Counted from the stretch's first letter, positions 26,123 to 39,814 are shown. The stretch: 64,000 nucleotides of DNA from Macrostomum lignano (GCA_002269645.1 NIVC01001990.1:1-64000), one strand, 5' to 3'. A program made the numbers and translations. The notes: a model not told the origin generated them from the sequence alone.

Positions 26123-29100
26123 GGGTCGGCAGGCTTTCGCATTGTGGGCATCCGTTTGATGGTCATCTTCTTGTACCTGTCCAGCAGGCCGGCATAGCTG
26201 CTGGGATCGCAGCTGCTGCTGGGCCGGCTCATGGTGAACTGCAGCCGCCCGCTGGGGCCGCTCGGCCCCCCGCCGTTGCCTGCCGCGCTGGTCGCCGCTC
26301 CAGCCGGAGTCGCTCCGTCCAGCTGCTGCTGCTGCTGCTGGCTGCCGTGGTGATGACGCCGGTAGAACCGCCTGGCCCGGTCTCTGGTCTGCTTCACGGT
26401 GAACATCCGCTTCATTTCTGTGCGGAAATAGGCGCTAGCGTAGGAATAGAGAAAGAAATTCACGCTGTAGGTGAGGTAGTAGATGGTGCGCGTCACCGTC
26501 AGGGCGCTGTCGTAGTGGCTCTGGCGGAGGCCGTCGCCGCTGTCGCTCATGTTGAAGATTCCCGTAGTCGACACGCTGCGCATCACCTTGAATTTGATGA
26601 CGAAGCTGGCCAGCCAGACGGCATAGTAGGGGCAGGTGAGCAGCAGGAAGGCCGTGGACACCAGCACCAGGAGGATAGCGAACTGCTGTCCAGCCACGTC
26701 GTGGTTCGCCCGCTCCGCGTTGCTGCCGGACGATCCGCGGTGGCGAACCACCAACAGCTGGCGGGCGATCAGCGCGTTGAACACGAAGATGATGGCAGAC
26801 GGGATGACGGTCAGCAGTGCGGCGTAGACCGCGTCGGTGGCGAACACGAGTACCCGGTTGTCGGTCTTCGACAGGCAGACGCTGACATTGTCGCTGGCCT
26901 GACGCGGGGCCGACATGAACGGCTTCCACAGGCAGAGCGCGTAGCTGATGGTGACCAGGATGAAGATGATCCGGCGAGCGTTGCGCATGGTGCAGATGCG
27001 CCTGCGCAGCAGCGGGTAGCGGACGCCTGCGTGGACGGAGGGAGGGAGGCTCGTGCGAATTTCAACGTTTTGTTGTCAAGGGTGCCTGCTGGTTCCCCGG
27101 GGCACCCACAGCTAATAAAATTATTGCTATAGAAATAAAAAAGTTCTCGGTCAGGTCAGCCATGACTGCAACAGAACAGCTCAACACAACAGCGTCACAC
27201 GTGAGATGCTGGGAGAGCCAGGTGGTCTGCGAAGGCTGTCGATCTCCCCACCCCCCCCTCCCAATCCAGCTGCACGCTAAGCCGATAAAAGCCAGCACTG
27301 ATAAGCGAGCTCAGCAGCTGAGATAAGCCAGCTCAGCCCAAGTTGGACAGGAAGCTGCAGAGGAAACCCATGACGGGTTCACCTGCTGGGGAAGGAGAGG
27401 GAAAAAGTTTTCAGATAAAGAAGCTGAGGATGCCAGATGGCGAACGAAGGGTGCAGCAGCTGGGTTCCCACACACCAGGCGGGTCTGTGTCTCGAAGCTT
27501 TCCAGACGAAGCAGAGCTTTGAAGCGATGGCGGCGATGCCAAGTCATAGCCGGTGTTAAATTATCTTTATAACTGAATATACCTGCCCTAGTGGGCAGAT
27601 GTGCAACCGACAGCTCAGCCGCAGCTACTGCGCGGCGCATCTGAAGGCTGCGTACGGCTGTTCAGTCCAAGGACTGGGGGGTCGCCACACACACCCTCAA
27701 TTACCCCAGCTAATGCTGGCACCCATTTTACAGCTGGGTGAACTGAAGCAATGCAGAGTTAAGTGTCATGCTCAAGGACACAGATTGTTCTAAGTGGGTC
27801 GAGAATCGAACCCCCGACCTTCCAGTCGTGAGTCCGATGCTTTAACCACTAGGCTAAAACCATAGTGAATTCTGCTTATAGCTTGCAAAGTTACAAAGTG
27901 CCAAAAAAGCATCCGGCAAAGTGCAAATTCAATTATAAATATTTAAAGCTCTGCTAACTCATATTTTCGTATTATTTTCATAATATTTTCCTGCTATCTA
28001 TCCCTTTTCCTAAGAGCCCCCCCAATCTCCCTCCACGAGCCCCGCTAACACTCTCGAAGAGTCCCGCTAGCACTCCCTCAAAGGAGTCCCGCTAGCGCTC
28101 CCTCAAAGGAGTCCCGCTAGCGCTCCCTCAAAGGAGTCCCGCTAACACCCCATCAGAATCCCGCTATCCTCATTCAGGGTCCCGCTATACTCCCTCAAAA
28201 GTCCCGCTATCCTCCCTCAGGGTCCCGCCATCCTCCCTCAGGGTCCCGCTATCCTCCCTCAAGAGTCCCGCTAGAATTACTATTATTACTCGTATGGAGC
28301 CTCTTCGCAAAAAGGCTGGCCTACATTTCAGAAGTTATCAAATTTCGAACCGATTGGCAAATGCCTTGTAGGTATAGGGTAGATAGAGAGGTCATAGTAC
28401 TCGATCGAGAGAAACGTTTAATAAACTCATTTTGACCCTATTTTTTTCTCGCAATAAGCCATAATACTGGCAGCAATAAAAAAGAAATTTTGCTTCGAAG
28501 AGCTGCTATCACTCGCTTAAAGAGTCTCTATGGTGAAGTGTGCATAAATGGAATTAGCCAAACGTGTATCAATCAACATGGCCAGCCGTGGCCAACCATA
28601 TTCAACCCTGGCTTCGACGACTGTCTATGGACAAAACCGTAGACCTTGAGAGATTTAAGACATCGAGCAGGTGCCACAGACCCTAGACATGAATGCTCGA
28701 ATTCTTAAATGAAAAATGCTACTTTAGAATTTAGACACGCGAATGTTGCCATTGTAAGAATTTTGTAATTTTACAACAATTTGAAAGCCACTTTAGAACC
28801 TGTTCTGTCCTGACCTTGTCAGACAGGCAATGCACGCACTTTTGGGGGTTTCTTGGTTTGGTCACAAGGAAAGTGTTCGTACATGAGGCCAAAATTATGA
28901 GTAGCCAGTGTGGTCGTGAGAGTCGGATGCGTTTTCGCGCTGAGCTGCTCCGCCACAGTAAGAATTTAGCAATCTGATAACTTCAAGGTCTACTAGAGGT
29001 AACGCAAAAGTGTCGCTACAATCGAATGGAATTGCAGCTTATAACTATTTACCCTCTGCAAATAAATCCTACCCCACGCAGATCGGAAAGCTCCGGCATA

Positions 29101-32100
29101 ATGGAAAAATAATATCACATCCTCGGCAGATGCCTGGCAGCGCATCAGGTTTCGTCCGGGACTTAAAAGGACATTTTCAGTGCGTTGAAAAAAGACGAGG
29201 CTGCGCTCCATAAATTTTTGGCGAAGTCAATCAGAAGCCAGCAGCGCGAGTAGGGGAGGAGCGAGGGTAGATAGGCAGCCGCAGTCGAGTAGTCAATGGG
29301 CTCTTCTTCCCCACTTTTCTGCTCCTATATTCGGCTTCGTTTCGGATCTCAATTTCTCTTCTGTCTTCCGTATCCTCTATCCAAAATATCCCGTCCCATT
29401 TTCTCCCACTGGGCAGGGCATTTTTGAATAACTGTTCTTATCCGCGAGCATGCAAAGCCGGACTCCTCGTTTTAATCGCTGCTTTATGGGAAACAGGAAC
29501 TCGCATAGCTCTGCAAACAGCAAGTTTCTCAAGCGGCCCCTCGATGCCCCGCATTCAGAAGCTATGACGTGGGGATTCTGAATCACTAGCTGTCAGATAA
29601 AAGTATTCCACTGAGGTTCCTGCTAACTGCTGTCTTAATCGCCAAATAGTGTTGTGTCTTGTAATTCTGTGCTTTATGTTTGATTGCTGTCTTAATCTTT
29701 GCTTTATATTTGCGCTGCAATACGAGTAGCTTCGTGCCGACGAGTTGCTTAGAGAGAAGACAGAATAGGGGGAAGGCAATAACGAGGATTCTAAGTCGCA
29801 GTCATAGACATAAATGAATGGGGCAATAACAGGGAAACGCTAATCAGCATAGTACGAGTATGAGCTACAAGTATTAAGTGCATTTACAATGCACTTCATG
29901 TCCCCCTCCGAACAGGAGCCGCAACAAGTACGTGTATAGTGAAACAGTTTAAATATCAGTAAACAGTAAGCGCATGTCACTTTGTGACGATCTTAGCTAG
30001 TTAATAGATATGAATTCTGAGTTTATGGCGTGAATCTGTTCGGTTGCTGCCGAACGCGTGAGCTCCATCTCAGCGTGGACGTTGGATGCTGTCCATTGTC
30101 ATCCGGGGTCGTTGCCGGTGTAGCATCACCCTCTTCCTCCTCACCATTGTCGACATCAGCACCATAGTATGGAGCAATTTGGTTGGTGCTAGCAAACTGT
30201 AGGCGGCCATTCGCCAAAACCCAGGCTGTGTTGCGTCCCGCGGTCATCAGGAATTTTTCGGGCTGTCCAACAGCATCCGATGGTTTGTACAGAACAGGCT
30301 CACCTTGGTCGAATGCTGAAACCACAGGAACTCGCAGTCGTCGTCCGAACACCAACTCGGCCGGGCTTTTTCCTCGACTCATGGCGGAGTTGCTGTGATG
30401 CATCAGTACCTTCTGCAGAAAGGGGATGAACGGCAGGCGGGTGATGCGCTCAGTCCAGGAGCGCAATGCAGCCTTCACGGTTTGAACTGCTCGTTCCGCT
30501 GATCCGTTCGCTTGAGGATAGTATGGAGGGGATTCCAGTTTTGTCACGCCATTAGCTTTCAGCCAGGTGCCAACAGGATCGCCTGTGAATTCTGGAGTGT
30601 TGTCTGACACCACAGTTTCGGATACGCCGAACCGAGAGAACACAGTGTGCAAAGAAGCGATGACGTTTTCGCCTGACCGACTGGAACAGGGAAATGCTTC
30701 AATCCACCCAGAGAAGGCGTCCACGATAATGAGCACGTTCCCGGCGTCCTTGATATATGCCCAGTCTATATGAATTCGTTGAAACGGGTGTGCTGGCACT
30801 GGCCAGACATCCCGGGCCTTGGAAAATCTCGGTCGAAGTTGATTGCAACCCGAGCACTGCCTCACGAATGCGTCGACGTCACTTTGCATTCCAGGCCACC
30901 AGCAGGTCGCTGACAATAGGTTATATGAAGCATGGGCCCCTGAATGCGTGTCGTGGATGGCTGCGAAGGCTTCCCGACGAAGCCGCATAGGAATGAACAC
31001 TCGTCTCTGCATGAAAAGAAGGCCGTCCTCCAGCGTTAACTGCTCCGCATGCTTCTTGAATTGGGCCTCCGCTTGCGAGCAGTCCCGCCATTGGCCAGAT
31101 CGAACACGTTGCAGAATGCGTTGAATGAACGGATCCGTGTCCATCTCAGCGATAATTCGGCGCGGATCAATGGTCCATGTCTCAAAGGTGACGCAGTTTA
31201 TAGCCTCAAACAGCTGTGGCGAATCCACTGATACATCGTTAAAACGTAGGCGAGATAGAGCGTCTGCGTGCGGTATGGAGGGACCGCGCTTGCGTATTGA
31301 ATGCTGAAATCGAATTGCATGCGAGCCAGTGCCCATCGACCGATCCGGGCTGAGGTATTCATTGGGATGCTGTCGCCAAAAATTCGCACAAGAGGTTGAT
31401 GATCAGTTTTTATGGTGAAGTGCCTACTTCACCATAATCTTATTGACCTTGTATCCTTGAACCTTGTATCCACTGAGGTTTCTGCTAACTGCTGTCTTAA
31501 TCGCCAAATAGTAAAATTTTTAGACAGTATAAAATTTGTATAAAGTAGAAAGTTGTGTCTGTTTTGCCCTCACCCACTACCCCACAATCAGTTGGCTCAT
31601 GCCCTCCTGATTCACCCACCACCCCACAATCAGTTGGCTCATGCCCTCCTGATTCACCCACCACCCCACAATCAGTTGGCTCATGCCCTCCTGATATTTA
31701 ATCTGTTTTGCCCTCACCCACCACCCCACAATCAGTTGGCTCATGCCCTCCTGATTCACCCACCACCCCACAATCAGTTGGCTCATGCCCTCCTGATATT
31801 TAATCTGTTTTGCCCTCACCCACCACCCCACAATCAGTTGGCTCATGCCCTCCTGATACTTAATGGTTTGTCTGTTTTGCCCTCACCCACTACCCCACAA
31901 TCAGTTGGCTCATGCCCTCCTGATACTTAATGGTTTGTCTGTTTTGCCCTCACCCACTACCCCACAATCAGTTGGCTCATGCCCTCCTGATACTTAATGG
32001 TTTGTCTGTTTTGCCCTCACCCACCACCCCACAATCAGTTGGCTCATGCCCTCCTGATACTTAATGGTTTGTCTGTTTTGCCCTCACCCACCACCCCACA

Positions 32101-35100
32101 ATCAGTTGGCTCATGCCCTCCTGATACTTAATGGTTTGTCTGTTTTGCCCTCACCCACTACCCCACAATCAGTTGGCTCATGCCCTCCTGATTCACCCAC
32201 CACCCCACAATCAGTTGGCTCATGCCCTCCTGATATTTAATCTGTTTTGCCCTCACCCACCACCCCACAATCAGTTGGCTCATGCCCTCCTGATACTTAA
32301 TGGTTTGTCTGTTTTGCCCTCACCCACTACCCCACAATCAGTTGGCTCATGCCCTCCTGATACTTAATGGTTTGTCTGTTTTGCCCTCACCCACCACCCC
32401 ACAATCAGTTGGCTCATGCCCTCCTGATACTTAATGGTTTGTCTGTTTTGCCCTCACCCACCACCCCACAATCAGTTGGCTCATGCCCTCCTGATACTTA
32501 ATGGTTTGTCTGTTTTGCCCTCACCCACCACCCCACAATCAGTTGGCTCATGCCCTCCTGATACTTAATGGTTTGTCTGTTTTGCCCTCACCCACTACCC
32601 CACAATCAGTTGGCTCATGCCCTCCTGATACTTAATGGTTTGTCTGTTTTGCCCTCACCCACTACCCCACAATCAGTTGGCTCATGCCCTCCTGATACTT
32701 AATGGTTTGTCTGTTTTGCCCTCACCCACTACCCCACAATCAGTTGGCTCATGCCCTCCTGATACTTAATGGTTTGTCTGTTTTGCCCTCACCCACTACC
32801 CCACAATCAGTTGGCTCATGCCCTCCTGATACTTAATGGTTTGTCTGTTTTGCCCTCACCCACTACCCCACAATCAGTTGGCTCATGCCCTCCTGATACT
32901 TAATGGTTTGTCTGTTTTGCCCTCACCCACTACCCCACAATCAGTTGGCTCATGCCCTCCTGATACTTATTGGTTTGTCTGTTTTGCCCTCACCCACCAC
33001 CCTACGATCAGTTGGCTCATGCCCTCCTGATACTTAATGGTTTGTCTGTTTTGCCCTCACCCACCACCCTACAATCAGTTGGCTCATGCCCTCCTGATAC
33101 TTAATGGTTTGTCTGTTTTGCCCTCACCCACTACCCCACAATCAGTTGGCTCATGCCCTCCTGATACTTAATGGTTTGTCTGTTTTGCCCTCACCCACCA
33201 CCCTACGATCAGTTGGCTCATGCCCTCCTGATACTTAATGGTTTGTCTGTTTTGCCCTCACCCACTACCCCACAATCAGTTGGCTCATGCCCTCCTGATA
33301 CTTAATGGTTTGTCTGTTTTGCCCTCACCCACCACCCTACGATCAGTTGGCTCATGCCCTCCTGATACTTAATGGTTTGTCTGTTTTGCCCTCACCCACC
33401 ACCCCACAATCAGTTGGCTCATGCCCTCCTCATACTTAATGGTTTGTCTGTTTTGCCCTCACCCACTACCCCACAATCAGTTGGCTCATGCCCTCCTGAT
33501 ATTTAATCTGTTCTGCCCTCACCCACCACCCCACAATCAGTTGGCTCATGCCCTCCTGATACTTAATTCAGCCCTTGCCCCACGGAGGCTACTGGGCCAA
33601 TAACGTATTTGTTGGTTAGATGGGCCGACCAGATAATTAAAGTTTAGCTGAATGATTATGACTCCGAGACTCCTGATTTAGGCAGTAAATGCTTGTTATC
33701 TCCTTTAACCCGGCCGGGGTTGTAATTTGTGACCCACAAATTTTATATTGATTGGTATAATTATCTGATAAACGGCTGCGCTCCGCTAGGGCCATAAAAT
33801 ATTTTCTGAGCGCTACAATTCTTGTATGTCACAAAAAGGACTTAGCGAACTTTTCATCCGCGGCATCCTACAATGAGGAGGGTTATTGTCTTATTGATTT
33901 CTAAATAGCACGGAATGCATGAGTTATTGTGCTGAGCTTGGCTGGCAGGGCTGGCTTCCCACTCTTAGAGGACGTGGTGCCGTAGATAAAGTGTCAGAGA
34001 AGGCAGTGAATTTTAATAGCGCGCAGGCCCAGCCCCCCCCCCCCCTAATAATTGAATTCATTTGATATTCTGCTTCGAAAGCGCTTGACGGCAAAAATAT
34101 GGCAATAAAAGTTGATAGAACAGGACAGCTCACGCCAGAGGCGCTAGTCAGAGGGGAGAGGGGAAGAGAGGGAGAATGAGACAAGTGTTGAGTTGGGGAT
34201 GCGAGGGCCAACCCCCCACCATGACTTCCAGTCCAAATTCAGAGGCTGGCTTTTCGCGTTTCTCTCCCAGAAGCAGAGCAGATTCCGTAATTTTCTTGTT
34301 CAAAGCGCGAGACTTCTCAACTACGCCCTGTCACCTTCTTGGACAACCAGATGCATAAATGAATGAAACGGCTGATGGGGCGGATCTCGATTGATCAAAT
34401 CTGCATGGCCGCATACTGGGACTATAGATGGGCGCATATGCGGACACAGACTGGGAAAAGTCTGAGTACGGAATGGGCCTTGGGTGGGGGTAGTCAGGTC
34501 AGTCAGTAATAATAAATAGAGAGATGCTTGGAAGGGATTGATGAAGAGGGAAGCATAGTCCGCGGAAAGAGCTCATAGAGACTTGGGGCAGGGGGGGCAC
34601 AGCATGGAGGAATGGGAAAGGCAGGCCGGCAGGGCAGGAAATGCATCAAGCTGAGAGACAAAGGCGGGGGGATGGCAGAGCAAAATTACGCGGTCACGCG
34701 AAGAGGGAAGTCGGCGTGCTCGCGACAGACGGACCAGCCGTCTGTTTAGACTCATTTTAGCGCCCTAGGAACTCATTTTAGCGCCACAGGCACTCATTTT
34801 GGCGCCACAGGCACTCATTTTGGCGCTGCAGGCGCTATGTTTTGTCGCCCTGCAGCAAAATGCATTCATTCAACGCAGCAAAAACCAAAATAAGCAAAAA
34901 GTCTACATTTTACATTTAAAATGTGGAGGGGCCAGATACCATTACTGGCCCCCTATTTTAAAAAGTGGGGGGGGCCATGGCCCCACTGTCCCCCCCGTTC
35001 CTACGCCTATGTTAGAAAGCCAGGGCCAGTGTACACCCTGAGTGAGCGTGTGCATGAGTGCATGCCTGTGTACAGTATTGACACGCTTGCATGTGCTCAG

Positions 35101-35688
35101 GACTCCAGGAGTCAGCGGGATGGGCAGAATTGGCGTCAGCGCTGGTTGCTGGACCAAGTCGCCAAAGGCGTTGCGCCAGGGTGCCTGCAAATATTATTTT
35201 AAGTCAGCCAGCAGCCGCTCACCAACGAATCGCTCCACAGTGGAGGTGACGAGCATCCAGACGGACACCAGGCGGAACGAATAGGAGAAGAACAGCTGGG
35301 CCTGGCACACAATCTGCAGGCTCAGCCAGCTCTTCAGCTCCGTAGGCAGGAAGTTCTGGCGCTGCAGCCATCCGGGCACCACGTAGAACAGCAGGACGAG
35401 CAGGTCGGCGCCGGACAGGAAGGCGAAAAACACGCTGGCGCTCTGGTTGTGAAACCGGCGCCTGGTGAACACTTTGATGCACAGGATGTTGCCAACGCAG
35501 CCCAGAATGACAATCAGCGGTGTGGCAATCAGGTAGAACAGCTGGCAGCCGGGGCACACGGAGTCGCTGCCGCTTAAGACTCTGGACCTGTTGGAGGCCA
35601 GGCCCGAGCTTTCGTTTCTGTCATTCAAACCCGTGGAGTTGGCGCACGTGAACATTGAGCACATGAGCTCTTTGTAGATATTATTCAT
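25927..35688 (-). CDS. Rhodopsin-like (class A) peptide GPCR, FMRFamide/Srw-type receptor family, ~521 aa
   Basis: Exon 1 35688-35223 (TM1 GCVGNIL, TM2 LSGADL, TM3 ending VERF; donor GTGAGC, phase 1). Exon 2 27026-25927 (GVRYPL.., TM4 ALCLWKP, TM5 VIPSAII, TM6 LLTCPYY, TM7 YSVNFFLY, poly-Q C-tail). The ligand cannot be determined from sequence. Confidence 0.88.
27560..27857 (-). mobile_element. tRNA-derived SINE with conserved central (V/Meta/Deu-like) domain, in GPCR intron
   Basis: Minus strand TAGCCTAGTGGTTAAAG (A box) ..GGTTCGATTC (B box), then TGTGTCCTTGAGCATGACACTTAAC..CACCCAGCTGTAAA, typical of metazoan core SINE domains. No TSD found. Confidence 0.72.
28035..28275. repeat. Degenerate ~25-bp minisatellite
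   Basis: GAGTCCCGCTAGCGCTCCCTCAAAG-like units. Confidence 0.8.
29607..31512 (-). mobile_element. Internally deleted Ty3/Gypsy LTR retrotransposon (RNase H C-terminus plus integrase; no gag/PR/RT)
   Basis: RNase H tail FTIKTDHQPL..ARIGRWAL (~31430-31300) frameshifts into HADALSRL. Then the integrase Zn finger (HDTH..CSGC) and a core with IIVDAFSGW, VSDN and E at D+36 (D35E intact) in ORF 31336-30023. PPT GGAGGGGGA 29909-29901, LTR 29898-29650, 44-bp direct repeats 29607-29650 and 31469-31512. Confidence 0.88.
29650..29898 (-). mobile_element. Single LTR (249 bp) of the Gypsy element
   Basis: TG...CA ends with an imperfect terminal inverted repeat (TGAAGTG / CACAACA). Preceded by the PPT and followed by CTATTTGGCGA (PBS-like). 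Confidence 0.65.
31552..33570. repeat. 67-bp minisatellite (~2 kb) in GPCR intron, abutting the Gypsy remnant
   Basis: GTTTTGCCCTCACCCACTACCCCACAATCAGTTGGCTCATGCCCTCCTGATACTTAATGGTTTGTCT plus shorter variants. Confidence 0.97.
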
Positions 35689-37199
35689 TTTTGTCTGTCG
35701 CTTGTTTATGCTGTCAAACGGGTCAAATTAGAAAAATCCTGAGCTCTCTCTGAGACTGCTCAAACTCATCTCATTTTCTTACAGTCTCATATATCGTCGC
35801 TAGGCGAATCTCCACCCCACCCTCCCGCACCCGCCCCTGCTATTGGTTGTCCCGATGCTCCCCATCCATCTCGCATAGTTTCAACGGTGATCCATTTGAA
35901 CAGAGCTGGCTGAAGGCTGTCATGAATTCGTAATCGAGACCGCTGAGAATGCATGGCTAGAAGTCAGCTACAAAGTACTTTATTAAATTAAGTTATGCAG
36001 CAGGCGATCACAGGCGCCGTATCTGCATGCAGGATGCACATTCTCGCTCTTCTTGTGCCTGGAGGAGCGCACCATTAGAGACCCATATTTATAGGCTTTC
36101 CACAATATAAGACACGTTTATGTTTGCATTAATTTTCAACTTGAGTAGAAGAGTCTCCTGGATTGTGCCGGTATATATCGAATGCATCCATCCTTAAAGA
36201 ATTCAGCCGTGATCTATTCTGAGAACTGCTCAACAATATCTCTGCCACCTGCGACTTACACTTACAGAAAAAGGCCGCGTGCACTCTGAGCGGCGTTCGT
36301 TGAAAAGCATCGAAGATTCGGTAACAGACTTTCTCAATTATTCGGCAACCTCCCTGGGGAGCGGCGAGTTCTCAGCAGCTTTCAAGAGGATCGGAGCACA
36401 CATGGGGGAATACGCGGGAGCTTTGCAAGCTGCATGTCCCGGGTTGATGCCCGAGGAAAGGCATATATTGTATAGACTGACGGGTATGAATGAATGAAAA
36501 CAGCATTAGGGATGGGATGGACAGCACCCCCTTGGGGGGAGAGCTGCAGTGCTCAAATCGCACGGAGAGACTGCATGGATTATAGGCTAAATTGAAATAT
36601 CACGTGCTTCCTTAGTCTCCGTGCTACTCGCAAGGCTCTCATTAGTGATCCGTCAAATTTTGAAAAAGCAAAAGCCATGGCCTAAGTGGAATGGGGAACG
36701 CAGAAAAGCACTATAGCTAGCCAGACTTCAGTGTCCCAGTGTGGAGACTCAAGAAGGCACTAATTGAGATACTCTTATTTGGTAGTGCTGTACGAATCAT
36801 GACCAAGATTATCAGCTTGTGCTCGGCTCGGGTTTAAAACTAAACCGGTACGATTATGCTGCAGCCGCTACAAGCGTCACGCCAAACGCTAAACGCGAGC
36901 GCAATTCAATATGTGCACACAGAAAAACGTTTTCATATTAAATTAGTTAGATAAATTATTCAAATTTGTTCGGAATCGATGGCATTGTCGACACATCAGA
37001 CATCCGCATAGAATTGCAATGTTTACCATGCACAAATGTCACACTTAGCAATTAGTAATTTTGCTTTGTTCTCTCTGCTCAACTCTCAGGTCTCAATATG
37101 CATATAAATGAGCTAGCTATTTCGAATTCAACTGAATTCAACAGCATCATTGCAAGGGGGTCGGGCACTTTTGGGTTATCGGTAGGGCAAGGGCAAATT

Positions 37200-39150
37200 G
37201 GCGGGTCACTATGGAGCTAGCAGGCAAGCTGGGGAGTCACTAGGGAGCTAGCAGGCAAGCTGGGGGTCACTAGGGAGCTAGCAGGCAAGCTGAGGGGGTC
37301 ACTAGGGAGCTAGCAGGCAAGCTGGGGGGTCACTAGGGAGCTAGCAGGCAAGCTGGGGGGGTCACTAGGGAGCTAGCAGGCAAGCTGGGGGGTCACTAGG
37401 GAGCTAGCAGGCAAGCTGAGGGGGTCACTAGGGAGCTAGCAGGCAAACTGGGTGGGTCACAAGGGGGCTAGCAGGCAAGCTGGGGGGGTCACTAGGAAGC
37501 TAGCAGGCAAGCTGGGGGGTCACTAGGGAGCTAGCAGGCAAGCTGAGGGGGTCACTAGGGAGCTAGCAGGCAAGCTGGGGGGTCACTAGGGAGCTAGCAG
37601 GCAAGCTGGGGGGTCACTAGGAAGCTAGCAGGCAAGCTGGGGGGCCACTAGGGAGCTAGCAGGCAAGCTGAGGGGGTCACTAGGGAGCTAGCAAGCAAGC
37701 TGGGGGTCACTAGGGAGCTAGCAGGCAAGCTGGGGGGTCACTAGGGAGCTAGCAGGCAAGCTGGAGGGGGGTCACTAGGGAGCTAGCAGGCAAGCTGGGG
37801 GGGTCACTAGGGAGCTAGCAGGCAAACTGGGGGGTCACTAGGGAGCTAGCAGGCAAGCTGGAGGGGGGTCACTAGGGAGCTAGCAGGCAAACTGGGGGCG
37901 GGGTCACTAGGGAGCTAGCAAGCAAGCTGGAGGGGGGTCACTAGGGAGCTAGCAAGCAAGCTGCAGGGGGGTCACTAGGGAGCCAGCAAGCAAGCTGCAG
38001 GGGGGTCACTAGGGAGCTAGCAAGCAAACTGGGGGTGGGGTCACTAGGGAGCTAGCAGGCAAACTGGGGGTGGGGGTCACTAGGGAGCTAGCAAGCAAGC
38101 TGGGGGGTCACTAGGGAGCTAGCAGGCAAACTGGGGGGTCACTAGGGAGCTAGCAGGCAAACTGGGGGGTCACTAGGGAGCTAGCAGGCAAGCTGGGGGG
38201 GGTCACTAGGGAGCTAGCAGGCAAACTGGGGGTGGGGGGTCACTAGGGAGCTAGCAAGCAAGCTGGAGGGGGGTCACTAGGGAGCTAGCAAGCAAACTGG
38301 GGGTAGGGTCACTAGGGAGCTAGCAGGCAAACTGGAGGGGGGTCACTAGGGAGCTAGCAAGCAAGCTGGAGGGGGGTCACTAGGGAGCTAGCAGGCAAGC
38401 AAGGGGGGGGGGTCACTAGGGAGCTAGCAGGCAAGCTGGGGGGTCACTAGGGAGCTAGCAGGCAAGCTGGGGGGTCACTAGGGAGCTAGCAGGCAAACTG
38501 GGGGGGTCACTAGGGAGCTAGCAGGCAAGCTGGGGGGGTCACTAGGGAGCTAGCAAGTAAGCTGGAGGGGGGTCACTAGGGAGCTAGCAAGCAAGCTGGG
38601 GGGTCACTAGGGAGCTAGCAGGCAAACTGGGGGTCACTAGGGAGCTAGCAAGCAAGCTGGAGGGGGGTCACTAGGGAGCTAGCAAGCAAGCTGGGGGGTC
38701 ACTAGGGAGCTAGCAAGCAAGCTGGAGGGGGGTCACTAGGGAGCTAGCAAGCAAACTGGGGGTGGGGGTCACTAGGGAGCTAGCAAGCAAACTGGGGGTG
38801 GGGTCACTAGGGAGCTAGCAAGCAAGCTGGGGGGTCACTAGGGAGCTAGCAGGCAAACTGGGGGGTCACTAGGGAGCTAGCAGGCAAACTGGGGGGTCAC
38901 TAGGGAGCTAGCAAGCAAGCTGGAGGGGGGTCACTAGGGAGCTAGCAAGCAAGCTGGAGGGGGGTCACTAGGGAGCTAGCAAGCAAGCTGGAGGGGGGTC
39001 ACTAGGGAGCTAGCAAGCAAGCTGGAGGGGGGTCACTAGGGAGCTAGCAAGCAAACTGGGGGGTGGGGGTCACTAGGGAGCTAGCAGGCAAACTGGGGGT
39101 GGGGGTCACTAGGGAGCTAGCAGGCAAACTGGGGGTGGGGGTCACTAGGG
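37200..39150. repeat. ~30-bp G-run minisatellite
   Basis: TCACTAGGGAGCTAGCAGGCAAGCT plus a variable G tract. Confidence 0.96.
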
Positions 39151-39814
39151 ATACATGCGTCAAGAAAGCAATAGAAATGAAACAAAATCTCAGTATAATA
39201 ATTTGGACTAATTTCCAACAAAACTAAACAGTGGCTGGAAAGGAAAAGCCGCTGCCGGAGTTAAAGAACTCCAACCAATTAGCGTATTATTATTGGTTAT
39301 TGATTAGCCAACATGATGGCAATGAAAAAATTTCGGATGAAAAATTTACGAGTAGCACACAAAAGGCAAGAGAAAAACACACAAAGAAACCACACAACGC
39401 TGATATTGGCATTTGTCTAGGAAATGCATTAATTAGATCGACAGAGATTTAAGGTCGGATAGTGGCCCGCCCGGCAACAAGTAGTTATGTTATCAACAAA
39501 GAAGCCTGATACATGTGGACACGATATACCAACCCGGTAAAACAGTGGAATAAATATATAGATTAAATAGTAGATACTCCCAAACCAATAATGCACCAAT
39601 AAAAGTATTCACAATACATAATGAAATTGATACAATACGCTCGTTAGAGATTTCAGTTATAATTATCATAAATTAAAAAGTGCACAAACTAGTACTAGAA
39701 ATTTGTTCAAGCCACGTGTGCGCATCAACGCTCACACGGGCGATAGCAAATTTGTCATTGATCACGCGAGAGAAACATGTGCCACACCCCCATCCGTTGG
39801 GATTGTGGTGCTGG

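Noticed and set aside
26050-27132. 360-aa plus-strand ORF
   Set aside because: Antisense shadow of the GC3-rich GPCR exon 2; no recognisable domain.
27790-27857. tRNA gene
   Set aside because: A and B boxes are present, but there is no well-paired acceptor/anticodon stem and it continues into a SINE body.
34755-35011. Probable MITE end (GGGGGGGCCATGGCCCC..CCTACGCCTATG) with TTTTGGCGCC subrepeats, similar to 7905-8030
   Set aside because: The matching other terminus and TSD could not be located, so the element is not delimited.
36180-36500. 72-aa ORF upstream of the GPCR, possibly a decayed TE protein
   Set aside because: No motif I can assign; would need a database search.
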